Of a stretch of DNA of 64,000 nt, positions 38,889 through 49,074 are shown in pieces. Made by a program: the position numbers and the translations under genes. Positions within the stretch are counted from its first letter, which is position 1. Every line of letters begins with the position of its first letter. This DNA comes from an uncultured Gemmatimonadales bacterium (GTDB taxonomy: Bacteria > Gemmatimonadota > Gemmatimonadetes > Gemmatimonadales > Gemmatimonadaceae), in the NCBI GenBank assembly GCA_963851265.1, contig CAWKNZ010000003.1, positions 32,001 through 96,000 on the forward strand, in the 5' to 3' direction. The notes below the pieces were generated by a model that searched no databases, was not told the origin of the DNA, and worked only from the letters and a program-made list of their open reading frames with translations.

Positions 38889-41657
38889 TCAGAATCTCGC
38901 GCCCGACGAGACGTCCACCCGCCACCCGCCCTGGCGTCCCAACCCCCTCGCCACCTCGCCTCTCACCAACCCGTCCAGAAAGACCGCCCCGCCTCCCACG
39001 CCTTTCAGCGTCTCACCGCGCGCGAACGCCCGGTCGGCCGCCCTCCCCACGTCGTAGAACACCACGGGCTTGAAGAGCGTCCCCCCGCCGAGGCCGAGCT
39101 CCGAGCGTGTGAACCAGAACTGCCGCCCGACGTAGCCCTGCCCCGTCGGTTGCGGGAAGTTGCCTCGCACCGTCTCCAGCCCGCCCAGGTAGAACAGGCG
39201 TTGGTCCGGGACTCGCCCGCCAGCAATTCCGCCAGCCGCGCCCGTGACGCTCGCCGTGATCGGCCCGAGCGGCCGCGAGAACGTGAGCTCGCCCAGCCCG
39301 CGGCCGTACGGCGCGGTGCGGATCCCCGGCTCGTCCGCCGCGTAACGGGCGAACGCTCCTTCGCCCCTCGCACGCACCACCACCCGGAAGCGCGTCGGGT
39401 CCGCACCGAAGGTGCGAGCGAGCTCGCCGCTCAGGCCGGCCGTCGCGACCCGGTTCGCGCCGATGTTGGGCGCGTAGTGCGGACCCACGATTCCCTTGTG
39501 CACGTTTTCGTTCGCCCCGCCCTGCTCCTCGGCGAACACGCGCCAGCCGAGCGCGGCGCCGTGGAAGATCGCGAACGGATTCCAGGCGCTCGCGGGCGTC
39601 GCGTCGGGGTTGGTGATCGCGTCGGCCGGTCGCGTGCCGCGCAGCTCCGCCCCCCAGCTGCGGTAGTAGAAGCCTTCGTCGCGCCCGTACAGCGCCGCCC
39701 CGAGCGAGGCGCTAAACCCGAGCGGGTTCCCCCAGTCGTCGTTCGCGACCGCGAGGCGGCGGTACGCGGCGAGTCGGACCGTCGTCGCGTTCTGCGCGCC
39801 CTGCGTGCGTGAGAGCCCGAGTTCGGCGTTCGGCACGAAGTCCGCGAATCCAAGCCGGAGCGTCGCGTCCGCGCCGTAGCCGGCGGGCAGCGTCGTCGAG
39901 CCGGCAACACCCACCGACAGACCCTCGATACGGTTGAACCGGACGAGGTCGAGCCCCGTCCGGACGCGCGGCGCGTGCCCCGGCCAGCTACCCGGCACCA
40001 CCCCGTCGAGCGAGGCGAGTAGGGCCGCGCGGTCGGCGGCCGCCATCGGTGTCTCGTCCGGATCGTAGGGCGACTTCGGCAGATCGGGCGACGACGCGAG
40101 CGTCGACGGGTCGCAGGGCCGCCGGATGTGGAGCAGCGGACCGCCCGGTCCCTGGCGCACCGTGCCCGCGTCGTACGCGGACGCGCCGCCCGAACACTGC
40201 TGTTCGCGCAGGGCGAGCGCCGCCGCCCGGCGTTGGACGCGGTCGCGCTCCGAGCGCAGCCGCCGCGAGCCCGCCGAGTCGCCACGCGCCGCGAGCGAGT
40301 CGGCGCGGCGCGTCAGGTCGACGCCCGCGCGGGCCCACAGGCGCAGGAGCGAATCGACCCCCGCACGCCGATCCGACGTGGACACCGACATGCGCACGTG
40401 TGCCTGACGCGCGTCGCCCCGCCGATCGTGAGACGACGACACGTCCAGCTCGGCGACCCCGCGGTCCACGCTGTCCTTGGGCGCGAGGGCGAGCGCGGAG
40501 TCGATGGCCGTGCGCAGCACCGCGGGCGGCGACGCCGCTGGCGTGGGCGCCGCAGCCGTGGCAGGTGGCGGCGGCGCGTCCGAGATCTTCACCGCATCGT
40601 ACCGATACCGTTCTTCCAGCGTGATCGGCATGCGGAAGAATCCGCTCCGCGCCTCGCCTTCCGCGACGCTTCGGCGCGGCAGCCACACGCGCCCCTCGAA
40701 CAACCCGTACTCGACCGTGATGGCCGAGAGCGTCGCGCGCACCGGCCCCGTCGCGAAGGTGAACCAGCGCGGCGGCTTGTCCTCCGCGATCGCGCGCTCC
40801 TGCTCCGCCCGCGTCCGCCGCCGGTCGGCGGCACCCGACGCGACCGTGTCGCGCGCGGCCGCCTGCCGCAGCGAGTCGATCCGGCGCCGCATGTCCGCGT
40901 CGGCAGCCGCCCACAGGTCGAAGTCGACGCTCATGCGGTAGACCGCGCGCACCACGTGGCCGCTCGCCGTGTCGAACCAGAACGAGCCGACGAACGCGCG
41001 CGGGCTCGGACGGCGCGGGGTCACGCGCAGCTCGCGGAGCACGATCGACCGTCCGTCAGGCAGGTGGATCGCGGACGACTCGCCGAGCGCGTAGCGGTAG
41101 TACGCCTCCGAGCCGTTGGCGAGCGGGTGGATGAAGCTGGTCGGGTCGACGTCGGCCTTCGCGACGCCGAACGCCGGCGACGGAAACCAGAGCGTCTCGC
41201 GCCCCGGGAAGTACGGGATCGGCGTGGCCTCGACGAGGTCGACGCGCGCGTGCGCCTCGCTCGCGACCGGCACCACCGCGCGGCTCCCGGTCTGCTCGAC
41301 CGTCACGCCGGCCGTGCGTGACCACGTGACGTGCGCCGCGCTTTCGGTGCGCAGCAGCAGCCGCTCGCGCGCGAACGCGCTCACGCCCAGCCCGACCGAG
41401 AAGCGCTGGTAGCTGCGCGCGTCGTACGACGCGAGGGCCGCGTCCTGGGAAAGCCGCGCCGCGCGGGCGTGGGCGAGCAACGCGCGCGCCCCATCGTCGC
41501 CGGCATCGGCCCGCACGGGCGCGATTCGCCCGGGGGACGACGGCGCGACCGTGTCGCGCGCGACGGTATCGCGCGCGGCAGCGGGCGCCTGCGCCACCGC
41601 GGCCGGCCGGACGGAATGCAGCAGCGCGGACGCGGCGGTCAGAGCGGGCAGGAGCAT
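38889..41657 (-). CDS. Large secreted/outer-membrane protein with C-terminal beta-barrel (DUF5686/Omp85-like)
   Basis: Signal peptide; HPLA..YYRY, WLP, RFNRIEGL, LGGLETVRG, VFYDVG, terminal GARF. Confidence 0.72.
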   Translation of the reverse strand: MLLPALTAASALLHSVRPAAVAQAPAAARDTVARDTVAPSSPGRIAPVRADAGDDGARALLAHARAARLSQDAALASYDARSYQRFSVGLGVSAFARERLLLRTESAAHVTWSRTAGVTVEQTGSRAVVPVASEAHARVDLVEATPIPYFPGRETLWFPSPAFGVAKADVDPTSFIHPLANGSEAYYRYALGESSAIHLPDGRSIVLRELRVTPRRPSPRAFVGSFWFDTASGHVVRAVYRMSVDFDLWAAADADMRRRIDSLRQAAARDTVASGAADRRRTRAEQERAIAEDKPPRWFTFATGPVRATLSAITVEYGLFEGRVWLPRRSVAEGEARSGFFRMPITLEERYRYDAVKISDAPPPPATAAAPTPAASPPAVLRTAIDSALALAPKDSVDRGVAELDVSSSHDRRGDARQAHVRMSVSTSDRRAGVDSLLRLWARAGVDLTRRADSLAARGDSAGSRRLRSERDRVQRRAAALALREQQCSGGASAYDAGTVRQGPGGPLLHIRRPCDPSTLASSPDLPKSPYDPDETPMAAADRAALLASLDGVVPGSWPGHAPRVRTGLDLVRFNRIEGLSVGVAGSTTLPAGYGADATLRLGFADFVPNAELGLSRTQGAQNATTVRLAAYRRLAVANDDWGNPLGFSASLGAALYGRDEGFYYRSWGAELRGTRPADAITNPDATPASAWNPFAIFHGAALGWRVFAEEQGGANENVHKGIVGPHYAPNIGANRVATAGLSGELARTFGADPTRFRVVVRARGEGAFARYAADEPGIRTAPYGRGLGELTFSRPLGPITASVTGAAGGIAGGRVPDQRLFYLGGLETVRGNFPQPTGQGYVGRQFWFTRSELGLGGGTLFKPVVFYDVGRAADRAFARGETLKGVGGGAVFLDGLVRGEVARGLGRQGGWRVDVSSGARF

Positions 41658-41712
41658 GCGGCGGGGCGACGGCGGTGAACGCGGTCGAGCAAGCGCCGCG
41701 GTTGACTGCGTC

Positions 41713-42399
41713 CTACGCCGCCACGTCGGACGGGGTTTCCCCGGCCGTCGAATCGCCGCCCGCGACGCCGCCACCCGCGGCGCTGCCACCGGCGCCCGCG
41801 CGCGCGTCGGCCGCCGCCCCACTCGCCGTGCGGTCGGACGCAGCGCGCGCGCCCACGGGTACCCGCCGCGCCCGCGTCGCGAGCGCGATCCGCAACACGC
41901 CCGCCGCGATCGTGGCCGCGCCGATCTCCCACCCGACTCGCACCGCACCGGTCGCGACCGCGCCGAACAGGACGGCGGCGAGCGCGACGTGCGCCACGCC
42001 AGCGCCGGCGAGCAGCGCGGGCGCCGGAATCCGGCCGCGGTTGCGGAGCGCGAGCAGCAACTCGGGCACGCCCGTGACGAGCGCCCACGCGGCCACGATG
42101 CCCAGGAGCGCGGCCATCGCGACGTCGGACCACACCAGGGCGACCACGCCGAGCGCCGTCCCGCCGACGCCCGCCACGAGCACGAGGTCGCGCGGGCTCG
42201 CGACGTCGCGCGCGCGCGTGCGGTACCGCGCGGCCGTGAGCAGCGTGAGCAACCCGTCGACGAGCGCGTACAGCGTGAACAACCAGACGAACGTGCCGAC
42301 GGTCAGCTCCGGCCACGTCAGCGTCAGCACTCCAAAACCCAGCGCCGCCGCGCCACGCGCGCCGAGCGCCCACCAGTTGCGTATCAGACGGTCAGCCAT
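41713..42399 (-). CDS. HdeD/DUF308 family membrane protein
   Basis: NWWALGARG, WP, YALVDG, WALVTGV; multiple TMs. Confidence 0.8.
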   Translation of the reverse strand: MADRLIRNWWALGARGAAALGFGVLTLTWPELTVGTFVWLFTLYALVDGLLTLLTAARYRTRARDVASPRDLVLVAGVGGTALGVVALVWSDVAMAALLGIVAAWALVTGVPELLLALRNRGRIPAPALLAGAGVAHVALAAVLFGAVATGAVRVGWEIGAATIAAGVLRIALATRARRVPVGARAASDRTASGAAADARAGAGGSAAGGGVAGGDSTAGETPSDVAA

Positions 42400-42536
42400 G
42401 ACGTAAACTCGCGATGTCACCTCGGCAGTCTTGCCGCCGACGCAGTCGGAAGGGCACGATCCCGGCCAGACGACCTCGAACCGCCGTCGCCACACCGTCC
42501 GCGACGCCCGTCCGCGGCCCCACTCCGCCCGCCCAT

Positions 42537-43352
42537 ATGTCTACCCTCACGCCCGGCCCGAGGTCACCGGAGCCGCGACCGCTCGCCGTGGTCACCGGAC
42601 CGACCTCCGGAATCGGACGTGCCTTCGCCGAGCGGCTCGCCGTAGCCGGCCACGACCTGTGGCTCGTCTCGCGCGATGCCGCGCGCCTGCACGCCGTCGC
42701 CGACGAGCTCGGCGCCGCCCACGGTGTCGGGACGCGGGTGCACCCGGCCGACCTCGCGGACGAGGCCGCCGTGCGCGGACTCGCCGCCCGTCTCGCCGCC
42801 GAGCCGCGCATCGACGTGCTCGTCAACAACGCGGGCTACGGGACGCACACCCGCATCGTCGGCCGCGATCCGGACGCCGAGGCGCGCATGCTCGCCGTGC
42901 ACTGCGCCGCGCCGCTCCGACTCGCTCAGGCGGTGCTGCCGGGCATGGTCGCGCGCCGCGCGGGCGCGGTCGTCAACGTCGCGTCGGTGGCCGCGTTCGT
43001 GCCCAACGCGCAGTACGCGACGTACAACGCGACCAAGGCGTTCCTCCAACTGCTGAGCGAGGGCATGGCCGCCGAGGTGGCGGCATCGGGGGTGCGCGTG
43101 CAGGCGCTGTGTCCCGGGTTCACGCGCACCGAGTTTCACGCGCGCATCGGGCGCCGGGGGGCGGCAATGGCCGAACGCGTGCCGCGCGCACTCTGGATGA
43201 CGCCCGAGGCGGTCGTCGACGCGTCGCTACGCGCCCTCGCGCGCGGCGGGCCGGTGACGGTGGTGCCGGGACTCGGCTACCGTACGGCGGTCGCCGTGCT
43301 CCGCCGGCTGCCGCTCCGCGCGCTCGCGTGGGGCGCGCGGCGGAGCGCCTAA
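42537..43352 (+). CDS. Short-chain dehydrogenase (DltE-like)
   Basis: VTGPTSGIG, LVNNAG, YNATK, LCPGFTRTEF. Confidence 0.92.
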   Translation: MSTLTPGPRSPEPRPLAVVTGPTSGIGRAFAERLAVAGHDLWLVSRDAARLHAVADELGAAHGVGTRVHPADLADEAAVRGLAARLAAEPRIDVLVNNAGYGTHTRIVGRDPDAEARMLAVHCAAPLRLAQAVLPGMVARRAGAVVNVASVAAFVPNAQYATYNATKAFLQLLSEGMAAEVAASGVRVQALCPGFTRTEFHARIGRRGAAMAERVPRALWMTPEAVVDASLRALARGGPVTVVPGLGYRTAVAVLRRLPLRALAWGARRSA

Positions 43353-43407
43353 CAGGGTCCGGCGCCGCGCCGTCCGCGGGCCACCACGCCTCACCGCCTT
43401 CATCGCC

Positions 43408-44406
43408 ATGCCGCCCGTCGTTCAGTTCGCCCGTTTCGGCGACCCCGCCGAGGTGCTCGACGTCGTCGACGCGCCGGACCCGGGGCCGCCGGGTCCGGGC
43501 GAGGTCGCCGTCGACTTCGTCGCCTCGCCGCTCAACCCGAGCGACCTGCTCACCGTGCGCGGCGAGTACGGCGTGCGTCCGGAGCTTCCCGCCACCCCGG
43601 GCTACGAGGGCGTGGGCCGCGTCGCCGCACTCGGCGACGGCGTGACGCACCTCGAGGTCGGCGACCTCGTGCTGCTCTGGGGCGCGCGCGGCACCTGGCG
43701 CGCGCGGGCCAGGCTCCAGGCGGCTCGCCTGTTCGCACTTCCGCCGGCCGACCCGCTGCAGCTCGGCATGCTCACGGCCAACCCGCCGACCGCGCTGCTC
43801 CTCCTCGAGGAATTCGTCGCACTCGCGCCCGGCCAGTGGGTGATCCAGAACGCGGCCAACTCGGGCGTCGGCGTTGCGCTGGTCGCGATCGCGCGCGCAC
43901 GCGGCTTCCGCACGCTCAACGTCGTCCGGCGCGAGGCGGCGGGCACGTCGCTTGTGGCGGCCGGCGCCGACGCGGTGCTCGTCGACGGGCCCGACCTCGC
44001 AAAGCGCGTCCGCACCGCACTCGCCGACGCCGGCGCCGCGCCGGACGCGCTCCGCCTCGGAATCGACGCGGTCGGCGGCCACGCGACGGGGCGCCTCGCG
44101 CGCGCGGTGGCGGAAGGCGGGACGGTCGTCAGCTACGGGTCGCTGTCCGGCGAGGCGTGCGTGATCGAGGCGCGCGATACCATCTTCCGCGACGTCTCGC
44201 TCCGCGGCTTCTGGCTCTCGCGTTGGATGACCGCGGCCTCCCCCGCCGAGATGTCGCGCGTGTTCGGCACCGTCGCCGGTCTCGTCGCCGACGGCACCAT
44301 CCGCGTCCCGGTCGAAGCCACGTACCCGCTCGCGCGCGTGCGCGAGGCCGCCGCCCACGCCGCGCGCGAGGGGCGCGACGGCAAGATCCTCCTCGTCGCC
44401 AGCTGA
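43408..44406 (+). CDS. MDR-family 2-enoyl-thioester reductase-like oxidoreductase
   Basis: PLNPSDL, PGYEGVG, NPPTA, QNAANSGVG, GFWL. Confidence 0.9.
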   Translation: MPPVVQFARFGDPAEVLDVVDAPDPGPPGPGEVAVDFVASPLNPSDLLTVRGEYGVRPELPATPGYEGVGRVAALGDGVTHLEVGDLVLLWGARGTWRARARLQAARLFALPPADPLQLGMLTANPPTALLLLEEFVALAPGQWVIQNAANSGVGVALVAIARARGFRTLNVVRREAAGTSLVAAGADAVLVDGPDLAKRVRTALADAGAAPDALRLGIDAVGGHATGRLARAVAEGGTVVSYGSLSGEACVIEARDTIFRDVSLRGFWLSRWMTAASPAEMSRVFGTVAGLVADGTIRVPVEATYPLARVREAAAHAAREGRDGKILLVAS

Positions 44407-44413
44407 CGCCGCC

Positions 44414-45559
44414 ATGCGATTCCGCGTTCGCCTCCTCGCCGCCGCGCTCGTCGCGGCCGGTACACTCTCGCCGTCCGTGCGCACCCCGCTCGGCGCGCAG
44501 GTCAACCCCGGCTCGGTCTCCGCCCCGACGGGACCGCGGGCCGTCGCGACCGCCGCGGGCGACGTCACGCTGCGCGACTTCCGCTTCGACTCGGGCGGCA
44601 CGCTCCCCGCACTCCGCATGCACTACCGCACGCTCGGCCGCCCGCGCCGCGACGCGGGCGGCGTGGTGCGCAACGCCGTCCTCATCCTCCACGGCACCGG
44701 CGGCGCGGGTACGCAGTTCCTCGGCCCCAACTTCGCGGGCGAGCTGTTCGGCGCCGGGCAGCCGCTCGACACGACGCGCTACTACGTCGTCCTCCCGGAC
44801 GACATCGGCCACGGCCAGTCGAGCAAGCCGAGCGACGGACTGCGCGCGCGCTTCCCGCACTACACCTACGGCGACATGGTCCGCGCCGAGCGCCTGATGC
44901 TCGAGGAGGGGCTCGGCGTTAGGCACCTGCGCCTCATCCTGGGTACGTCGATGGGCTGCATGCACGCGTGGGTGTGGGGCACCACGCAGCCGGGCTACGC
45001 CGACGCGCTCGCGCCCTTCGCCTGCCTCCCGACGCAGATCGCCGGGCGCAACCGGATGTTCCGCCGCATGGCGATGGACGACATCCGCCTCGACCCGGCG
45101 TGGCAGAACGGCGAGTACCGCACGCAGCCGCCGGGGCTCACCGCGGCGCTGCAGATCCTGTTCATCATGGGCAGCGCGCCGCTCGTGCAGCAGGCGCAGG
45201 CGCCCACGCAGCGCGCGGCCGACAGCGTCATCACCGCGTTCCTCGCGGCGCGGCGCGCCGCGACCGACGCCAACGACTTCCTCTACCAGTTCGATTCGTC
45301 GCGCGACTACGACCCCTCGGCGCTACTCGAGCGCGTGCGCGTGCCGGTCCTCGCCATCAACTCCGCCGACGACGAGATCAACCCGCCCGACATCCACGTG
45401 ATGGAGCGCCTCATCCCACGCGTGCCGACCGCGCGCTACGTGCTCATCCCCGCGGGGCCGACCACGCGCGGGCACGGCACACACACGCAGGCGGCCGTGT
45501 GGAAGGGGGAGCTGGCGCGCTTCCTCGACGCGCTGCCGCCCGTCGCGGCGCTCCGGTGA
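44414..45559 (+). CDS. Secreted homoserine O-acetyltransferase-like alpha/beta hydrolase
   Basis: Signal peptide; LHGTGG, GHGQSSKPSDG, GTSMG, DANDFLY, NSADD, GHGTH. Confidence 0.88.
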   Translation: MRFRVRLLAAALVAAGTLSPSVRTPLGAQVNPGSVSAPTGPRAVATAAGDVTLRDFRFDSGGTLPALRMHYRTLGRPRRDAGGVVRNAVLILHGTGGAGTQFLGPNFAGELFGAGQPLDTTRYYVVLPDDIGHGQSSKPSDGLRARFPHYTYGDMVRAERLMLEEGLGVRHLRLILGTSMGCMHAWVWGTTQPGYADALAPFACLPTQIAGRNRMFRRMAMDDIRLDPAWQNGEYRTQPPGLTAALQILFIMGSAPLVQQAQAPTQRAADSVITAFLAARRAATDANDFLYQFDSSRDYDPSALLERVRVPVLAINSADDEINPPDIHVMERLIPRVPTARYVLIPAGPTTRGHGTHTQAAVWKGELARFLDALPPVAALR

Positions 45560-46365
45560 ACGGGCGCGCCGCGACGCTCGACGCGGTGATCGCGGTCGAC
45601 TGGAGCGGCGCGCTGACCGGCTCCGAACGCAAACTGTGGCTCTGCCAGGTCGAGCGCGGCGCCGTCGTTAGGCTCGCGTCGGGGCGGACGCGCGACGCGC
45701 TCGTCGACGACGTGATCGCGACGGCGCGGCGCATCCCGCACGTGGTCGCGGGCTTCGACTTCGCGTTCTCGTTCCCCGCGTGGTTCTTCGCCGAACGCGG
45801 GCTGCCCGACGCACGCGCCCTCTGGGCACTCGCCGCGCGCGAGGGCGAGGCCTGGCTCCGAGGCCCGGTCACGCCCTTCTGGGGGCGGGGTGGGTCGAAA
45901 CGCCCCGAACTCCCCGCCCACGTGCGCCGCACCGAGCAGGCCGCGGGCGAGCGTGCCGCCCGCCAACCATCCTCGGTGTTCAAGCTCGTCGGCGCGGATC
46001 AGGTGGGCGCCGGCTCGGTGCGCGGAATGCCCGCGTTGGCGCGACTGGCCGCGGCAGGGTTCGCGGTGTGGCCGTTCGACGATCCGCGCGCGGGGCGGCC
46101 GGTCGCGGTCGAGATCTGGCCGCGCCTGCTGTACGCCGCGCCGGTCGTGAAGTCGTCGGCCGACGCGCGGGCGGAGTACCTCGACCGCCACGCGCCGGAC
46201 ATCGCCGACGAGTTCCGGCGCGCGGCCGCGGCGAGCGACGACGCCTTCGACGCGCTCACCGCCGCCCTCGCCATGTGGGACGGCCGCGACGGGCTGGCCG
46301 CCCTGCCCGCCGCGCGCGACGCCGCGGAGCGCCTCGAGGGGCGCATCTGGGGTCCCGCGCCGTAG
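45556..46365 (+). CDS. DUF429-like (RNase H-like fold) hypothetical protein
   Basis: GTGA overlap; AVDWSG, GFDFAFSFP, RRTE, VWPF, EIWP, DAFDA, EGRIW. Confidence 0.7.
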   Translation: MNGRAATLDAVIAVDWSGALTGSERKLWLCQVERGAVVRLASGRTRDALVDDVIATARRIPHVVAGFDFAFSFPAWFFAERGLPDARALWALAAREGEAWLRGPVTPFWGRGGSKRPELPAHVRRTEQAAGERAARQPSSVFKLVGADQVGAGSVRGMPALARLAAAGFAVWPFDDPRAGRPVAVEIWPRLLYAAPVVKSSADARAEYLDRHAPDIADEFRRAAAASDDAFDALTAALAMWDGRDGLAALPAARDAAERLEGRIWGPAP

Positions 46366-46397
46366 TAGGGCGCGCCGCGCAGACTACCTTGACCGCC

Positions 46398-47873
46398 ATG
46401 CCCGACCTGCCGCCCCCGCTCGCCGCCGCGTACCGCGGCGACCTCCCCATCGCCGAGTTCCAGCGCTACGGCCGCGAGCTCGTCGACTGGATCGCCGCCT
46501 ACCTCGCCGACCCCGAGCGATACCCCGTCCTGGCCCGCGTCCAGCCCGGCGACGTCGCCGGCGCGCTCCCGGCGTCTCCGCCGGAGCGCGGCGAGTCGCT
46601 CGCCGACATCCTCGCCGACGCCGAGCGCGTGCTCATGCCGGGCGTGACGCACTGGAACCACCCGGGCTTCTTCGCCTATTTCGCCATCTCGAGCAGCGTG
46701 CCCGGCATCCTCGGCGAGCTGCTGGCGGCGGCGCTCAACGTCAACGCGATGCTCTGGACCGCCGCCCCCGCGGCGACGGAGTTGGAGCAGGTCGCGCTCG
46801 ACTGGCTGCGGCAGCTGTTAGGCCTGGGCCCCGGCTGGTTCGGCCTCGTGCACGACACCGCGTCGGTCTCGACGCTCGTCGCGCTCGCCGCCGCGCGCGA
46901 GGCCGACCCGTCGCTCGCGGTGCGCGAGCGCGGCATGGCCGGCCGCGCCGACCTCCCCACCCTCCGCGTGTACTGCTCCGAGCAGGCGCACTCGTCGGTC
47001 GACAAGGCCGCGATCACGTTAGGCATCGGCCACGTCAACGTGGTCAAGGTCCCGGTCGACGACGCGTTCCGCCTGCGCCCCGACCTGCTCGCGGCGGCCA
47101 TGGACGCCGACGCCGCGAGCGGCATGCGCCCGACGGCCGTGGTCGCGACCGCCGGCACCACGGGCACGACGAGCGTCGACCCGGTGCGCGCCATCGCGGA
47201 GGTCTGCCGCGCGCGCGGCGTGTGGCTCCACGTCGACGGCGCGTACGGCGGCCCGGCCGCGATCGTCCCCGAACTGCGCGGGGTGCTCGACGGCGTGGAG
47301 CTCGCCGACTCGCTCGTCGTCAACCCGCACAAGTGGCTGTTCACCCCGCTCGACTGCTCCGTGCTCTACACGCGGCGCCCCGAGGTGCTGACGCGCGCGT
47401 TCTCGCTCGTCCCCGAGTTCCTCGTCACGCGCGTCGGCGCGGGCGACACCTCGCGCGTTGACCTCATGGACTACGGCGTGCAGCTCGGCCGCCGCTTCCG
47501 CGCGCTCAAGCTGTGGATGGTGCTGCGTGCGTTCGGGGCGGAGGGGCTCGCGGAGCGGATCCGCTACCACGTACAGCTCGCGCAAACGTTCGCGGCGTGG
47601 GTGCGCGCCGAACCGGGCTGGGAGGTGAGCGCCCCGCACCCGCTGTCGCTCGTCTGCTTCCGCCACGCGCCGGACGGCGTCGCGCCGGCCGAACAGGACG
47701 CGACCAACGCGCGCATCCTCGCGGCCGTCAACGCGGGCGGCGAGGTGTTCCTCTCGCACACCAAGCTGCGCGGGCGCTACGTGCTACGACTTGCCGTCGG
47801 GAACATCCGCACCGAGGAGCGCCACGTCGCACGCGCGTGGGCGCTCCTGCGTGCCGCCGCGCGCACCGCCTAG
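46398..47873 (+). CDS. PLP-dependent group II decarboxylase (aromatic L-amino acid decarboxylase-like)
   Basis: THWNHP.FFAYF, AHSSVDKA, HVDGAYG, NPHKW, GRRFRALKLW. Confidence 0.93.
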   Translation: MPDLPPPLAAAYRGDLPIAEFQRYGRELVDWIAAYLADPERYPVLARVQPGDVAGALPASPPERGESLADILADAERVLMPGVTHWNHPGFFAYFAISSSVPGILGELLAAALNVNAMLWTAAPAATELEQVALDWLRQLLGLGPGWFGLVHDTASVSTLVALAAAREADPSLAVRERGMAGRADLPTLRVYCSEQAHSSVDKAAITLGIGHVNVVKVPVDDAFRLRPDLLAAAMDADAASGMRPTAVVATAGTTGTTSVDPVRAIAEVCRARGVWLHVDGAYGGPAAIVPELRGVLDGVELADSLVVNPHKWLFTPLDCSVLYTRRPEVLTRAFSLVPEFLVTRVGAGDTSRVDLMDYGVQLGRRFRALKLWMVLRAFGAEGLAERIRYHVQLAQTFAAWVRAEPGWEVSAPHPLSLVCFRHAPDGVAPAEQDATNARILAAVNAGGEVFLSHTKLRGRYVLRLAVGNIRTEERHVARAWALLRAAARTA

Positions 47874-47904
47874 CCGCGCCCCACGTTCCCGCACCCGCCC
47901 CGCC

Positions 47905-48414
47905 ATGCGCCCCACTCCGGCCGTCGTCGTCGCGGTCGCCGTTGCCCTCGCCGCCACGGCGGCCGGCGTCGCGCTCGCCATCCGCTCCGGCGGCTACGGC
48001 GCGGTCGCGACCTCCACCGGCCGCGTCACGATTCCGGCCGGCTCGCCCCTCGCGCCGGCGGGTAGCTACGCGGCCGTGTACTGCGGGTCGTACGGCAACG
48101 TTGCGACGCAGCAGGGCTACGCGTACACGGTCCGGCTGCCGGCCGGCCGCACGCTCACGCTCACCGATTCGGTCTCCCGCACGCCCGGTCCTCAGGAAGC
48201 CGCCCGCGTCACCCTCGCCCTCGACGGTCCCGACGGCCACTACGCGTGGCCCGCCCCGCGCGGCGGCGCGTCGACCGGCACGGTGGTGCTCACCGGCCCC
48301 GACCTGCTCGTCGCCGACGTCGACGCCCGACTCGTGGGGCCGCGACGGGACACGGTCCCCGTGCGCGCCCATTTCGCGTGTCGGCCGCGCGTGGCGCCGA
48401 AGCCGCGGCGCTGA
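47905..48414 (+). CDS. Hypothetical secreted/membrane-anchored protein
   Basis: Hydrophobic N-terminus; beta-rich body with two Cys. Confidence 0.6.
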   Translation: MRPTPAVVVAVAVALAATAAGVALAIRSGGYGAVATSTGRVTIPAGSPLAPAGSYAAVYCGSYGNVATQQGYAYTVRLPAGRTLTLTDSVSRTPGPQEAARVTLALDGPDGHYAWPAPRGGASTGTVVLTGPDLLVADVDARLVGPRRDTVPVRAHFACRPRVAPKPRR

Positions 48415-48777
48415 GTACGCCGCGGCCCGTGCTGCGTGGTGCGCGTCGAGGACGGCGTGCACCCCTGGTCGGTGATGTCGCGCTTACGCCGAAGCGGCTC
48501 GCCGCCGGACGACGTACCCGCCCACGACCGCCAGCGGAGCCTGCGGAGTCGAACACCCTGCATTCCCTCCGCCGCGGTAACGTAGTGGTCGGCACCGGAG
48601 ATTTGGAGACGTTTCGGCAGTTCTCGATGCCGTCGACCGGGACACGCCACCCGCGTTAGGCCTGCGCCTGGTTTTCGACCACGCGTCAACACGCGGAACG
48701 GCGCTGACCAAGGGATGGCTGCTCCAGCACTCGCGCGTTCACCCGCCCGCGCACCCGCGCCTGCACCCGCGTTCCAG

Positions 48778-48876
48778 CACGACGTCGACCCGAAGCGGTT
48801 CGTCTGGGCCGAGTCTGCCAACCGAATCCTCGCCGCGGTTGACCGGTATTGCCGGCGACCTTCCGGATCACACCAC
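48778..48876 (+). mobile_element. IS630-family transposase C-terminal remnant
   Basis: HDVDPKRFVWAESANRILAAVDRYCRRPSGSHH resembles the IS630 tail HN.NPKPFVWTKSADEILA...RYC; no DDE domain upstream. Confidence 0.65.
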
Positions 48877-48962
48877 GACGCCGCGTCTCGCATCGCCGTC
48901 GCCACGTCCGGTGCGCCGACGGTGCCCACGCGACGAGTTCGCCCTTGCTGCCGCTCACCCTC

Positions 48963-48993
48963 TTGCACCTCACGCCGCGTGAGGGTCTAGCGT
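48963..48993 (+). promoter_or_regulatory. MerR/TipA-type promoter with 19-bp spacer and dyad
   Basis: TTGCAC (-35), CTCACGCCGCGTGAGGGTC (19 nt, dyad CCTCACG-N3-CGTGAGG), TAGCGT (-10). Confidence 0.88.
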
Positions 48994-49074
48994 GGTTCCG
49001 TGGCCACACCGCGTGGCCGGGGGCGGCCGTGGTCGGCCGTCCCGGAGGCCGTCTCAAGGTCGCGGAGCACCGAC

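Noticed and set aside
44414..45559. Calling this gene metX
   Set aside because: It has a signal peptide and no methionine-pathway context; left as a family-level call.
42537..47873. SDR, reductase, hydrolase, DUF429-like and decarboxylase run as a biosynthetic cluster
   Set aside because: No scaffold-forming enzyme, carrier protein or precursor peptide; looks like a mix of common enzymes.
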